Position numbers and translations under genes: made by a program
DNA from: Mobula hypostoma
Taxonomy: Eukaryota
DNA: 64,000 bases
Direction: 5' to 3'
NCBI RefSeq assembly: GCF_963921235.1
Contig: NC_086097.1
Span: 1,736,001-1,800,000 of the forward strand
Shown here: in pieces, positions 1-13,199 of the stretch
Position numbering within the stretch: position 1 is the first letter of the stretch
How the letters are laid out: every line of letters begins with the position of its first letter
The notes under the pieces: generated by a model
What the model saw: the letters and a program-made list of their open reading frames with translations, nothing else
Database searches by the model: none
Told to the model about the DNA's origin: nothing

Positions 1-1557
1 TGTCCTCTCATGTTAGCCATTTCAGCCCTGGGAAAAGCCTCTACCTATCCACACAATCAATGCCTCTCATCATCTTATACACCTCTATCAGGTCACCTCT
101 CATCCTCCGTCACTCCAAGGAGAAAAGACTGAATTCACTCAACCTATTCTCAAAAGGCATACTCCCCAATCCGGGCAACATCCTTGTAAATCTCCTCTGC
201 ATCCTTTCTATGGTTTCCACATCCTTCCTGTAGTGAGGTGACCAGAACTGAGCACAGTACTCCAACTGGGGTCTGACCAGGGTCCTATATAGCTGCAACA
301 TTACCTCTCGGCTCCTAAATTCAATTCCACGATTGATGAAGGCCAATGCACCATATGCCTTCTTAACCACAGAGTCAACCTGCGCAGCTGCTTTGAGTGT
401 ATGGACTCGGACCCCAAGATCCCTCTGATCCTCCACACTGCCAAGAGTCTTACCATTAATACTATATTCTGTCATCATATTTGACCTACCAAAATGAACC
501 ACTTCACACTTATCTGGGTTGAACTCCATCTGCCACTTCTCAGCCCAGTTTTGCATCCTATCAATGTCCCGCTGTAATCTCTGACAGCCCTCCACACTAT
601 CCACAACACCTCCAACCTTTGTGTCATCAGCAAATTTACTAACCCATCCCTCCACTTCTTCATCCAGGCCATTTATAAAAATCACAAAGAGTAAGGGTCC
701 CAGAACAGATCTCTGAGGCACACCACTGGTCACCGACCTCCATGCAGAATATGACCCGTCTACAACCATTCTTTGCCTAATGTGAGCAAGCCAGTTCTGG
801 ATCCACAAAGCAATGTCCCCTTGGATCCCACGCCTCCTTACTTTCTCAATAAGCCTTGCATTGGGTACCTTATCAAATGCCTTGCTAAAATCCATATACA
901 GTACATCTACTGCTCTTCCTCCTTCAATAAGATAGAAGTCGAAAAATTGTTTCCATTGTTCGGTGAGACTAGAACTAGGGGACATTGCCTCAAGATTCAG
1001 GGGAGAAGATTTAGGACGGAGATGAGGAGAAATTGTTTTTCTCAGGGAATGGTGAATCTGTGGAATTCTCTGCCCAGGGAAGCAGCTGAGGCTTCTTCAC
1101 TAAATATATTTAAGATACAGTTGGATAGATTTTTACATAGTAAGGGAATTAAGGGTTATGGGGAAAAGGCAGTTAGGTGGAGCTGAGTTTACAGACAGAT
1201 CAGCCATGATTTTATTGAATGGCGGGGCAGGCTCGAAGGGCCGGATGGCCTACTCCCGCTCCTATTTCTTATGTTCTTAAGTTCTTATCTCATACGGTCC
1301 CGGAGACTAATCCAACTTGATGCTTTCCAAAAGTTCCAGCACATCCTCTTTCTTAATGTCTATATGCTCAATCTTTTCAATCCACTGTAAGTCATCCCTA
1401 CAATCGCCAAGATCCTTTTCTGTAGTGAATACTGAAGCAAAGTATTCATTAAGTACCTCTGCTATCTCCTCCGGTTCCATACACACTTTCCCACTGTCAC
1501 ACTTGATAGGTCCTATTCTCTCACGTCTTATCCTCTTGCTCTTCACATACTTGTAGA
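1..1557 (-). mobile_element. CR1 LINE ORF2 fragments (minus), with a plus-strand CR1 3' fragment inserted at about 925-1275
   Basis: YMDFSKAFDKV, SGVPQ.SVLGP, KFADD and LEYCAQFWSPH in ORF 110-985; EVLNEYFASVF in ORF 1307-1546. Confidence 0.9.
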
Positions 1558-2619
1558 AAATCTCCTATCCTCCCTACCAGAGGCTTCTTTGAGATGTATT
1601 CCAAACCTACACGACCACGCAGAGATGCATCAGCTCCACTCCACTACAATTCCACAATTGCAATTTCCAACAAGAGTCAAATTTTAGTTATTTGAAGTAT
1701 TCATACAAAAATACATAAAATATGTTACCTACCTCTGCCAAAGCATTGGTCACAATGAATATACAAAGGAAAAGGTTTTGAAATAGTCGAAAGCTTTTAC
1801 TAATTAGCACCTTTTCTAGCAATAAATATAAAGCAGTCTGGTTAGGGCCAGAAATGCACTTCTACAACAAAACTTGCCTATTCATTTACTTCCTACAAGC
1901 ACTGACTACAAGAGGTGGAGAGTCCTATTACAGTTGGACAAGATATTGGTAGAACTGCACCTGTAGCACTGTGCACGATTATGGTCACAATGACTATCAG
2001 ATATATGAACAGAATTAGGCCATTTGGCCCATCGAGTCTGCTCTGCCATTTCATCTTCCACCAAGGTCAAGGACAGTTTCTACCCTGCTGTTATAAGACT
2101 ATTAAATAGATCCATAGCACTATATGATTGACTCTTGGACTCATAATCTATTTCATGTAATTTCACACCTTATTGACTACCCACACAGCACTTTCTCTGC
2201 AACTGCTACTCATTGTCATTGTTTGACCTTGCTCTATCTCAATGCACTGTGTAAGCTTTTCACTCCTTAGTGATAATAAACCAATTACTTTTCATTGTAA
2301 CCTGTTTCACAATCAACAGCAAATCACAAACATGAGAAAATCTGCAGATGCTGGATGTGTGTGTTGTCACAATCAACAAGAGCATTTACTTTAGTATCAT
2401 CAGCAAACTTACCCATTATGCCTTGTGCTTTCGCATCCAAATCACTTACATGACAGAGGTTCCAATGTACCTCACCAGTCACGAACCTCCAGTTGGAGAA
2501 TCAACCTTCAATCATCACCTTGTTAGCTTCTCCTAAATCCCATCAGTCTAATCTTCTGGATCAGCAGGCCATCCTGCCATGTTGGACCTTGTGAAACACC
2601 CTTCCAAAGTCCCAATAAA

Positions 2620-2975
2620 TTACACCCACTCATCTATCCCCCTACTTACCTCTTCAAAAAACTCCAAAAGATTTGTCAAACATAACTTCCTACACACAAA
2701 ACCATGCTGACTATTCCTAATCAGGTGATGGTAGATCTCGTCCCTCAGAATTCCCTCCAGTAATGTCCCTGCAACAGAATTCAGCTCACTTGCCCTGTCC
2801 ATGCTACCTTTCTTGAGCAACGGAACAACATTAGCCACTCTCCAGTCTTCTGAATCTTCGCTAATATTGAAACAAGTATCTCTGCAGGGGCCTCTGTGGC
2901 CTCCCATAAGGTCCAGGAGCAGGGGTGCACTTGATCAGGCCCAGGGGATTTGCCAACCTTAATGCGCTTCAAGGC
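2620..2975 (-). mobile_element. Decayed CR1 RT fragment
   Basis: KSPGPD, WRVANVVPL, SQHGF..CLTNLLEFFEEV split over frames. Confidence 0.8.
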
Positions 2976-2983
2976 CATAAATA

Positions 2984-3385
2984 CAGTGCCTATAAAAAGT
3001 ATTCACCCTCCCCCCTTGGAAGTTTTCATGTTTTACTCTTTTACAACATTGAATCACAGTGGATTTAATTTGACACAGATCAATGGAAAAAGACTCTTTT
3101 GTGTCAAAGTGAAAACAGATCTCTGCAAAGAGATCTAAATTAATTACAAGTATAAACCACAAAGTAATTGATTGCGTAAGTATTTACCCCTTTCAAGTCA
3201 GTGTTCAGTAGATGCACCTTTGGCAGCAATTACAGCCACAAATTTTCAATTGGATCGAGGTCTGGACTCTGACTTGGCCACTCAAGATATTAACTTTGTT
3301 GTTTTTAAGCAACTCCAGTGCAGCTTTAGCTTTATTCTTTGGGAAGACAAATCTTCTCCTGAGTCACAGATCTCTCGCAGACTAC
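2984..3385. mobile_element. Tc1/mariner terminal remnant (IR/DR type)
   Basis: TA|CAGTGCCTATAAAAAGTATTCACCC terminus; similar inner direct repeat AAGTATTTACCCC at about 3178-3190. Confidence 0.65.
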
Positions 3386-3387
3386 TT

Positions 3388-3640
3388 AAGGAATAAAATG
3401 GATGATCTTGAAATTCAGCTACAGTTTGGCAAATATGATGTTGTGTCCATCTCTGAGACTTGGCTAAAGGATGGCTGCCATTGGGAGCTGAACGTCCAAG
3501 GATATACGGTGTATCAGAAAGATAGGTTAGTAGGCAAAGGGAGTGGTGTGGCTCTGTGTATAAGAAACAATATTAAATCATTAGAAAGAAATGACATAGG
3601 ATCGGAAGGTGTAGGGTCTCTGTGGGTTGAGCTAAGAAAT
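3388..3640 (+). mobile_element. CR1 APE endonuclease fragment
   Basis: RNKMDDLE..YDVVSISETWL..GSGVALCI; near-identical to about 32035-32270. Confidence 0.8.
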
Positions 3641-4729
3641 GTAGAGAAGATGTTGAAGCTGGAAGGTGTCTTTTCCACTGACAAGTTTGATGTGGGTTGT
3701 TCCAAGAGCACGCGTCACACTATCTGGTGACCGAGGATAGCCTGTTCAGAGAAAGGTTGTGGCGAATGGCCCCTGGAGAAGTGAAGGACGTTTGGCAGCA
3801 TTTGTGTAAGTTGAAGGAAGCTGGGATCATCGCTGAGTCCCGAAGCCCCTATGCGTCCCCAATAGTAGTGGCGCGAAAGAAGAATGGGAAGGTACGGATG
3901 TGTGTGGTCTATAAGACTCTGAACAGGCGCACCATCCCTGACCAGTATACTGTCCCGAGGATTGAAGATGCGCTGGCCTGCCTGAGTGGTGCAAAGTGGT
4001 TCAGTGTGCTGGACTTGAGGAGTGGATATTATCAGATCCCCATGAGTGAGGTTGACAAAGAGAAAATGGCAGTTATATGTCCACTGGGATTTTTCCAGTT
4101 CAAAAGGATGCCCAGGGCATCTCGGGAGCTCCTGCCGCCTTCCAGCAGGTCATGGAGAAGATGGTGGGGGATATGAACTTGCTTGAGGTGTTCATATATA
4201 TGGATGATCTCATAGTATTTGGATCTACCTTAGAAGAACATGAAGCGAGGCTGCTGAAAGTGCTGGGCCACCTGAAAGGTGGACAAGTGCCAGTTCTGCC
4301 AAACATCTGTTAGCTACATTGGGCACATAGTCTCATCATTGGGGTAGCTACAGACTCAGCTAAGATCAAGGTGGTTACCACTGGGCCAAGACCCCAGACA
4401 GTGAGCACTCTGCGCTTGTTCCTCAGGTTCTGTGGTTACTATTGGAGGTTTGTAAAAGGCTACACGAAAGTGAGTCACCTGTTGAATCAGCTTCTGTGCG
4501 GTTACCCTCCCTTGGGGAAGAAAGGGAGGGGAAAAAAAGGACAGGAAGGTGGAGAGTATCTTAGCCCATCAGAGCCCTTTGGACTGAGGTGGGATGCAAA
4601 ATGCTAGGAGGCTTTTCAGTCGCTGAAGGAGCTGCTGACCCAGGCACCGGTGCTGGCTTTTGCGGACCCCCGGTTGCCGTATGTACTGCACACGGATGCC
4701 AGCCGAGAGAGTTTAGGGGGCATCATGTA

Positions 4730-6322
4730 CAGGTGTCCCTTGCTTTACGAAACTTCACTGTTACGAAAGACCTACATTAGTTCCCTGTTTTCGCTTTCAG
4801 AAGATGTTTTCACTGTTACGAAAAAAATCAGCGCGCGAAAAAAATCAGTGCAGGATAAAAGGCAGTGCATGCCCTGAGCAGCCACTCTCCCCCGGATTCG
4901 GAGCGGCATTCTCGCCAGCATTGCTTAAACACGTGCCTGTGAGCAGCCATTTGCAAGATGAGTTCTATGGTATCGGAAAAGCCTAAAAGAGCTCGTAAGG
5001 GTGTTACACTTAGCGTAAAACTAGACATAATTAAGCGTTTCGATCGTGGTGAACGAAATAAGGACAAAGTGAGTTTGGCTTGTGAAAGCTGACGAACATG
5101 ATGTTGAAGAGGTTTTGGCATCCCGTGACCAAGATCTGACAAATAAAGAGCTGATGCAATTGGAAGAAAAAAGGATAACAAGCGAAACCGAATGCAGTAG
5201 CCAACTGAACGTGAAGCAACTGCGTGAGATTTTCGCTGCAATGATGAAGTACATCTTTAACTTTGAAAGGGTACGTAGGTTTAGGGGATATTTACAAGAT
5301 GGTTTGAGTCCTTACAAAGAACTGTATGATCTAAAAATGCACGAGGCTCAGCAGTCAAGCAAGACTTCCACATCAGCCACAGCAGATGACGAACCTCAAT
5401 CTTTGACATTGAGGCGGGCAGAGATAGAAGATGAGCTGCCTGCCCTAACGGAAACAGACAATGATGAGATGACACCCCAGTGTCCCACCACCCCAAAGCC
5501 CAGGCTACGGACAGATACTGATTCGCGGAGAATGCAGCGGTAGCCGGGAGGCACACAACACATCTTTAAGAAAAAATCCAAAATAAACATGCTAATTAAT
5601 TAGGTGCCGCCCGACACGTAATTGTCGGCCCAGATCAAAGACGACGCAATCAGCAATCGCCTCTGATCTGCGCCGACAATTACCTGCCAGGTGACACCTA
5701 ATTAATTAGTATGTTTGTTTCTGCTTTTTTCTTAAAGATGTGCTGTGTGCCTCCTGGCTACCGCTGCACCCCTGCATGCTTCGTGACAATGTACCAGTCG
5801 GCGGCCTGGAGGGTGGGGGCCACTGCACCACCCAACCTGCGACGACTCAGTCTAACACGTCATCATCAGTGTGCTCGGCGCTGAACCAATTCTGGTAAGT
5901 GATACTACACTGTACATACATTATTTCTACTTTATATAGGCTGTGTATTTTTACGTGTTATTTGGTATGATTTGGCAGATTCATAGCTTAAAGGTTACTG
6001 GAGAGCGCTTGCGCCATGTTTTTGCCAACAGCGCTTGCGTGAGATTTTCTGCCGACGGCGCTTGCGTGAGATTTTCGCTACGGAGAACAGTTCAGTAATG
6101 ACTGTGGAAAAGTATTTCTACTTTATATAGGCTTTATATCATTTCTGTTTTTACTATATGTTACTGTTATTTTAGGTTTTATGTGTTATTTGGCATGATT
6201 TGGTAGGTTATTTTTGGGTCTGCGAAGGCTCACAATATTTTCCCATATAAATAAATGGTAATTGCTTCTTCGCTTTATGATATTTCAGCTTACGGACCGT
6301 TTCATAGGAACACTCTACCTTC
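4730..6322 (+). mobile_element. Internally deleted Tigger/pogo-like DNA transposon inserted at a TA in the Gypsy RNase H
   Basis: TA|CAGGTGTCCC terminus; ATG at 4958 gives MSSMVSEKPKRARKGVTLSVKLDIIKRFDRGERNKD (psq-type HTH) joined to the Tigger-like C-terminus (DVEEVLAS..LTNKELMQLEE..PYKELY); DDE core and right TIR missing. Confidence 0.75.
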
Positions 6323-6899
6323 GGATGGCAGGTTGAGGCCCATTTCATTTGTCAGCCGGAGTCTGTCACCCTCTGAGAAAAACTATCCCAAGTACAAGTT
6401 GGAATTTCTGGCATTGAAATGGGCGGTGGTGGATAAGCTGAGTGACTACCTCTATGGGGCCAAGTTTGAGGTGAGGATGGACATCAGCCTCCTAACTTAT
6501 ATCCTGACCTCGGCGAAACTGGATGCCACAGGCTATCGGTGGTTGGTGGCGTTGTCTGCCTATGATTTCAGCCTGAAGTACCGGCTGGGAAGCAGGAACG
6601 TTGATCTGATGCTTTGTCCTGGCGGGTGCATGAGGGACTGGACAGAGACGAGGAGTGGGAGAGCGATCCTGCCTCTGGGGTGAAGGCCATGTGTCAGTTT
6701 GCCATCACCGTAAGGGCAGAGGAAAAGGAGGGGCAGGATTGAGTGATGGATCAACATGGCTCAGGTGGAGAGGACGAAACACGTGTCAGTGCCTCCATTA
6801 CTAGGAGAATGGCCTCGGTTGGAGTTGAAGAACCAGATCTCATACCGGATCACGTCACTCCAGACCGATCCCAGCATTGCCAGCTGGTTCTAGCTGAGA

Positions 6900-7366
6900 A
6901 ACAGAGAAACATAGAAAACATACAGCACAATACAGGCCCTTCGGCCCACAAAGCTGTGCCGAACATGTCCCTACCTTAGAACTACCTAGGCTTTACCCAT
7001 AGCCCTCTATTTTTCTAAGCTCCATGTACCTATCCTGGAGTCTCTTAAAAGACCCTATTGTATCCATCTCCACCACCATCGCCAGCAGCCCATTCCACAC
7101 ACTCACCACTCTCTGCGTAAAAAACTTACCCCTGATATCTCCTCTGTACCTTCTTCCAAGCACCTTAAAACAATGCCCTCTTGTGGCAGCCATTTCAGCC
7201 CTGGGAAAAAGCCTCTGACTATCCACACGATCAATGCCTCTCATCATCTTATACGCCTCTATCAGGTCACCTCTCATCCTCCGTCACTCCAAGGAGAAAA
7301 GGCCGAGTTCACTCAACCTATTCTCACAAGGCATGCTCCCCAATCCAGGCAACATCCTTGTAAATC
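6900..7366 (-). mobile_element. CR1 3' fragment inserted in Gypsy pol
   Basis: MRGDLIEAYK..TRGH..FFTQRVV ORF plus CR1 3'UTR tail. Confidence 0.85.
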
Positions 7367-9296
7367 TAAATGAGAAGTATCGGAGGATGGCGTTGACATC
7401 ACTTCATGATGATTCTGGACATTTGGGGGTGGAAAAGACCTATGGACTGCTCAGAGACCGGTTCTACTGGCCCTGAATGAAGTCGGAGGTCAAAGAAGAC
7501 TGCAAGTCGTGCATTCGATGCATACGGTGGAAGACACTGCCTACGCAGGCAGCTCCTTTGTCCCACTTGCAGAGTGCAGGGCCCCTGGACCTGGTGTGTA
7601 TGGATTTCCTATCCATAGAACTCTATGCCCGCAACACAGCAAATGTCTTAGTCATCACGAACCACTACACCAGATATGCTCAGGCTTTTCCTGCCAAGGA
7701 CCAGAGGGCGTCCACGGTGGCCGAAGTGTTATGGGAGAAGTATTTCATTTATTATGGCCTTCCCAGTGAATACATATTGATCAGGGACGGGATTTTGAGA
7801 GCAGACTCATCCATGAGTTACTGGGCATGCTTGGAGTGGAGAAGTCGAGGACAGGGTGATCCCCAGCCAGAGAGGTTTAACTGGACCTTGCTAGACATTC
7901 TCAGGACCCTGGAGATCCGCAGGAAGAGCAGGTGAATTCAACATATTGGACATCTGGTTCACAGTTACAACTGTACCCAAAATAAGCCTACTGGGTACTC
8001 ACTGTACTATCTGATGTCTGCGCGCTAGGCAAGGTTACCCATTGACCTTTGTTTTGGGACTGACGAGGGCGACTTACCACCGAAGACTTATGTGAAGTAT
8101 GTGTCTTATATGAGAAGAGAGCTGAAAAGGGCTTATGAATTAGCTGGGGTCGTGGCTGCCAAACAGAATCAAGGGAGTGAGAGGAGGTACGATCAAAAGG
8201 TGAGGTTCTCCCAACTTCTGCCGGGAGACAGAATCCTCATAAGGAAATTGGGGCTACCTGGGAAACATAAGTCAGCTGACGGCTATGTTTCACACACCCG
8301 ATATGGTGGAGAGTCAGATGCCAAACCTACCAGTTTTCTGGGTGAAACCAGAGGATGGGAATGGGCCTGTCAAGATCCTCCATCAGAACCACTTGCTGCC
8401 CCTGGGACATGAGGTGCAGGTAGACCCAGAGCCTACACCTAGTAAGAGGACTCAGTGGAAACGCCGGGCAACTGCAGGGCCAACAGCAGGAGAGGTTAAG
8501 CCGGCCCCCACCCCTGAGAGGGATACTGATTCGGAGCATGAGCACCTGGATGTGTGGTATATGCTGCCTTTTGCTCACTCCCCAGTGATTGAGGAAGAGA
8601 CTCCTGGCCCTTCTCCCGCTGAGTCCGGTGGAGTTCGGCAGGGTGGGGGGGGGGGGAACAGCCTGGGTTGCAGCAGGACTCTGCGGAGAGGAAGTGGGGC
8701 TTGACCGTGGAACAGAGGGTTCTGAGTTGCAGGTGGGCACGAGGGATAGATCAGGGGAGGCCTCACCAGGTAGACCAGAAGTATCCCCAGTAGTGTCGGA
8801 ACCTGAAGAGTTAGATGACGGGGTGCAGAGGTTTCAGAGAATTAGGAGACCACGGGATAGGCTGGCCTACATAGCACCAGGGGAACAGAGTGTGACCCCT
8901 ACTGTGTTGGGGAGCGATGTCACTGCCTTTTATACCTGGACTGGACGTTGTGATTTGCAGGAATGACTGGCGAATTACCTCAATGTCATGAGGACATGAC
9001 TAAATTTGGTGGGGGTAGAGTGTAACATGCTGTAAGGTTTCACTGCTAATGTAATGGTTTCTCTGTAGCAGCAATGTTTGGGTTATGACTAGAGATAACG
9101 GGGTTTTGGAATGCAGGGCCTATCCAATGCAAGAAATGTTGTTCTTTCTTGTGAGTCTGGAAGAGAGATATTCGCAGTCTTTTGCTGGGGAGAGATGGGG
9201 AGAGAAGACACGAAAAGAGAGAGTTGGTAGACCGCTGGACGTAGTGGACTTGGAGCGAGGGTGCAAAGGTTAATGACAATCGGAGGAGGTTGATGG

Positions 9297-11504
9297 CGAA
9301 GAATAGAATCAGAGAAGACAGGAAATTTTTTTCATTGAGGAAGGGCAAATTATGAGGCTATAAGGCTGGAACTTGCTGGTGTGAATTGGGATGATGGTTT
9401 TGCAGGGAAATGTACTATGGACATGTGGTCGATGTTTAGGGATCTCTTACTGGATGTCAGGGATAAATTTGTCATGGTGAGGAAGATAAAGAATGGTAAG
9501 GGTGAAGGAACCATGGGTGACAAGTGAGGTGGAAAATCTAGTCAGGTGGAAGAAGGCAGCATACATGAGGTTTAGGAAGCAAGGATCAGATGGGTCTATT
9601 GAGGAATATAGGGAAGCGAGAAAGGAGCTTAAGAAGGGGCTGAGAAGAGCAAGAAGGGGGCATGAGAAGGCCTTGATGAGTAGGGCAAAGAAAAACCGCG
9701 AGGCATTCTTCAATTATGTGAAGAACAAAAGGACGACAGGAGTGAAGGTAGGACCGATTAGAGATAAAGGTGGGAAGATGTGCCTGGAGGCTGTGGAAGT
9801 GAGCGAGGTCCTCAATGAATACTTCTCTTCAGTATTCACCAATGAGAGGGAACTTGATGACAGTGAGGACAATATGAGTGAGGTTGATGTTCTGGAGCAT
9901 GTTGATATTAAGGGAGAGGAGGTGTTGGAGTTGTTAAAATACATTAGGACGGATAAGTCCCCGGGGCCTGACAGAATATTCCCCAGGCTGTTCCACGAGG
10001 CAAGAGAAGAGATTGCTGAGCCTCTGGCTAGGATCTTTATGTCCTCATTGTCCACGGGAATGGTACTGAAGGATTGGAGGGAGGCGAATGTTGTCACCTT
10101 GTTCAATAAAGGTAGTAGGGATAGTCTGGGTAATTATAGACGAGTGAGCCTTACGTCTGTGGTAGGAAAGCTGTCAGAAAAGATTCTTAGAGACAGGATC
10201 TATGGGCATTTAGAGAATCATGGTCTGATCAGGGACAGTCAGCATGGCTTTGTGAAGGGCAGATCGTGTCTAACAAGCCTGATAGAGTTCTTTGAGGAGG
10301 TGACCAGGCATATAGATGAGGGCAGTGCAGTGGATGTGATCTATATGGATTTTAGTAAGGCATTTGACAAGGTTCCACACGGTAGGCTTATTCAGAAAGT
10401 TAGAAGGCAAGGGATCCAGGGAAGTTTGGCCAGGTGGATTCAGAATTGGCTTGCCTGCAGGAGGCAGAGGGTCATGGTGGAGGGAGTACATTTGGATTGG
10501 AGGGTTGTGACTAGTGGTGTCCCACAAATCGGTTCTGGGACCTCTACTTTTTGTGAATTTTATTAATAACCTGAATGTGGGGGTAGAAGGGTTGCTTGGC
10601 AAGTTTGCAGATGACACAAAGGTTGGTGGTGTTTTTGATAGTGTAGAGGATTGTCAAAGATTGCAGAGAGACATTGATAGGATGCCGAAGTGGGCTGAGA
10701 AGTGGCAGATGGAGTTCAACCCGGAGAAGTGTGAGGTGGTACACTTTGGAAGGACAAACTCCAAGGCAGAGTACAAAGTAAATGGCAGGATACTTGGTAG
10801 TGTGGAGGAGCAGGGGGATCTCGGGGTACATGTCCACAGATCCCTGAAAGTTGCCTCACAGGTAGATAGGGTAGTTAAGAAAGCTTATGGGGTGTTAGCT
10901 TTCATAAGTCGAGGGATAGAGTTTAAGAGTCGCGATGTAATGATGCAGCTCTATAAAACTCTGGTTAGGCCACACTTGGAGCACTGTGTCCAGTTCTGGT
11001 CGCCTCACTATAGGAAGGATGTGGAAGCATTGGAAAGGGTACAGAGGAGATTTACCAGGATGCTGCCTGGTTTAGAGAGTATGCATTATGATCAGAGACT
11101 AAGGGAGCTAGGGCTTTACTCTTTGGAGAGAAGGAGGATGAGAGGAGACATGATAGAGGTGTACAAGATAATAAGAGGAATAGATAGAGTGGACAGCCAG
11201 TGCCTCTTCCCCAGGGCACCACTGCTCAATACAAGAGGACATGGCTTTAAGGTAAGGGGTGGGAAGTTCAAAGGGGGATATTAGAGGAAGGTTTTTTACT
11301 CAGAGAGTGGTTGGTGCATGGAATGCACTGTCTGAGTCAGTGGTGGAGGCAGATACACTAGTGAAATTTAAGAGACTACTAGACAGTTATATGGAGGAAT
11401 TTAAGGTGGGGGGTTATATGGGAAGCAGGGTTTGAGGGTCGGCACAACAATGTGGGCCGAAGGGCCTGTACAGTGCTGTACTATTCTCTGTTCTATGTTC
11501 TATA
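9297..11504 (+). mobile_element. 5'-truncated CR1 LINE, near-intact RT with frameshifts
   Basis: ORFs 9493-10566 and 10514-11284; TTCTATGTTCTAT tail; same family as 59105-61950. Confidence 0.93.
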
Positions 11505-13125
11505 TTCTTGGATATACCAAATCAGGCCCTGGAGATTTTTACACCCAAAGCCCTCTCCACCATTGAGCACATCTACAAGGAGAGCTGCCACAAGGAAGCA
11601 TCATCCATCATCAAAGACCCCCACCATCTCTTCTTGCTGCTACCATTGTGAAGGAGGCACAGAAGCCTAAGGGCCCACACCACTAGGTTCAGGAACCGTT
11701 ATTACTGTGCAAACGTCAGTCTCCTGAACCAGTGTGGAGAGCAGCACTCACCTCAAAAGTAACCTGATCGCACAACCTGGAGGCTCGCTGTCAGGAACTC
11801 AACAACTCAGGTCCTCAGTATTATTTATATAGTGTTTTTCAATTTGCAGATTATCTTCTTTTGCACATTTCTTGTCTGTCTTTGTAGTTTTTCACTGATT
11901 TGATTATGAATACCCGCAAGAAAACAAATATGTATGGCATAGATGTACTTTGGTAAGTATATTTACTTTGAGCTTTACTGTGAACTTTTGATTTAAGTAC
12001 CTTCCTACTTTTTAAGATATCCAGTACGTCCTCTACTGTAACACATCCTTTACTATCCCCAAGACCACCCATTAGCCATATGAAATTCTGAAATCTTCAT
12101 GTCCTTCTCCACAGTAAAAGCAAAGGAGAAATATTCATTGGGAACCTTACCGACTCCTGCGTCTCCATACAAAGATGTCCATTTTGGCCTTTGAGGGGAG
12201 GGACCTTTTTCACCATCGTGTTACCTTTGTGCATTCTCCTAGGATTGTCCTTAATCTGCTTTGTCACAGCTGTTTCATGCTTTCTTTCTGCCTTCTCGAG
12301 TTCACTTCAGCAACCCCTATACTCCCCCAGGGGTTCACTTGATCTCAACTGCCTGTACCTGATATACACTCATTTTCATCTAGGCCAAAGCCTCAATATT
12401 CCTCATCATCCAGGTTCCCTACTCCTACCAGCCTTGGCCTTCATCTTAACACCAATATCTGTGCTTTGAACTCTTGATATCTCACTTTCAAAAGCTTCTC
12501 ACTTGCCTGATATCCCGTTGCCTAAAAAGAACCTCATCTAACCTACTCAAAGTTCTTGTCTAATACTGTCAAGATGTGCCTTGCTTCAGTGGACCAGATT
12601 GGTCAGAACACACAGAGTTCTGTGGCCAGTTTTGGTCCCTTACCTAAGAAAGAATGTGCTGACATTGAAAGGGTCCAGAGGAAGTACACAAGAATGAAAG
12701 GGTTAATATATGAGGGGCGTTTGATGTCAGTGGGCCTTGCTGGAGTTTAGAACAATGAAGGGGGATCTCATTGAAACCCATCAAATATTGATAGAGTGGA
12801 TGCAGAGAGGATGTTTGCTCTAGTGGGGAAGACTAGGACCAGAGGGCACAGTCACTGAATAGAGGGGACGTCCAATTTGAACAGAATTGTGGAATTTCCT
12901 CAGCCCGACTGTAGTGAATCTGCAGAATTCATTGCCATGGACTGCTGTGGCATTGGGTGTATTTAAAATGGAGGTTGATAGGTTCTTGATTAGTCATGGT
13001 GTCAAAAGCTATGGGAGAAGTCTGGAGAATGATGTTGAGAAGGATAATAATCAGCCATGATGGAATGGCAGAGCAGACTCAATGAGCCCAATGGCCGAAT
13101 ATTGCTGCTATGTCTTATAGTCTCA
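11505..13125. mobile_element. Decayed Rex1/Babar 3' end and CR1 fragments on both strands
   Basis: ATCAAAGACCCCCACCATC / AGGTTCAGGAAC Rex-type 3' motifs; CR1 ERVQRK.TRM remnant at 12660-12700. Confidence 0.6.
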
Positions 13126-13199
13126 CAGATTTAGATCTATCTAAGGTCTTGGTCTTGGGCCTGTCTTGTTTACCCCATCCTGGAATATCTAACAACTAA

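Larger units (their letters stand above)
3640..9296 (+). mobile_element. Defective Gypsy (Ty3) LTR retrotransposon: RT-RNaseH-integrase, PPT and partial 3' LTR; interrupted by a Tigger remnant and a CR1 fragment
   Basis: SPYASPIVV, LDLRSGYYQI, YMDD, LHTDAS, LEFLALKWAV, HHCC (HDDSGHLG..CKSCIRC), LVCMDF, PERFN; purine tract 9008-9020 then TGTAAC LTR start at 9021; several stops and frameshifts; gag and 5' LTR absent. Confidence 0.92.

Noticed and set aside
9714..10106. Many short ORFs antisense to LINE ORF2 throughout the window
   Set aside because: Shadow frames of CR1/Rex coding sequence that recur in every copy
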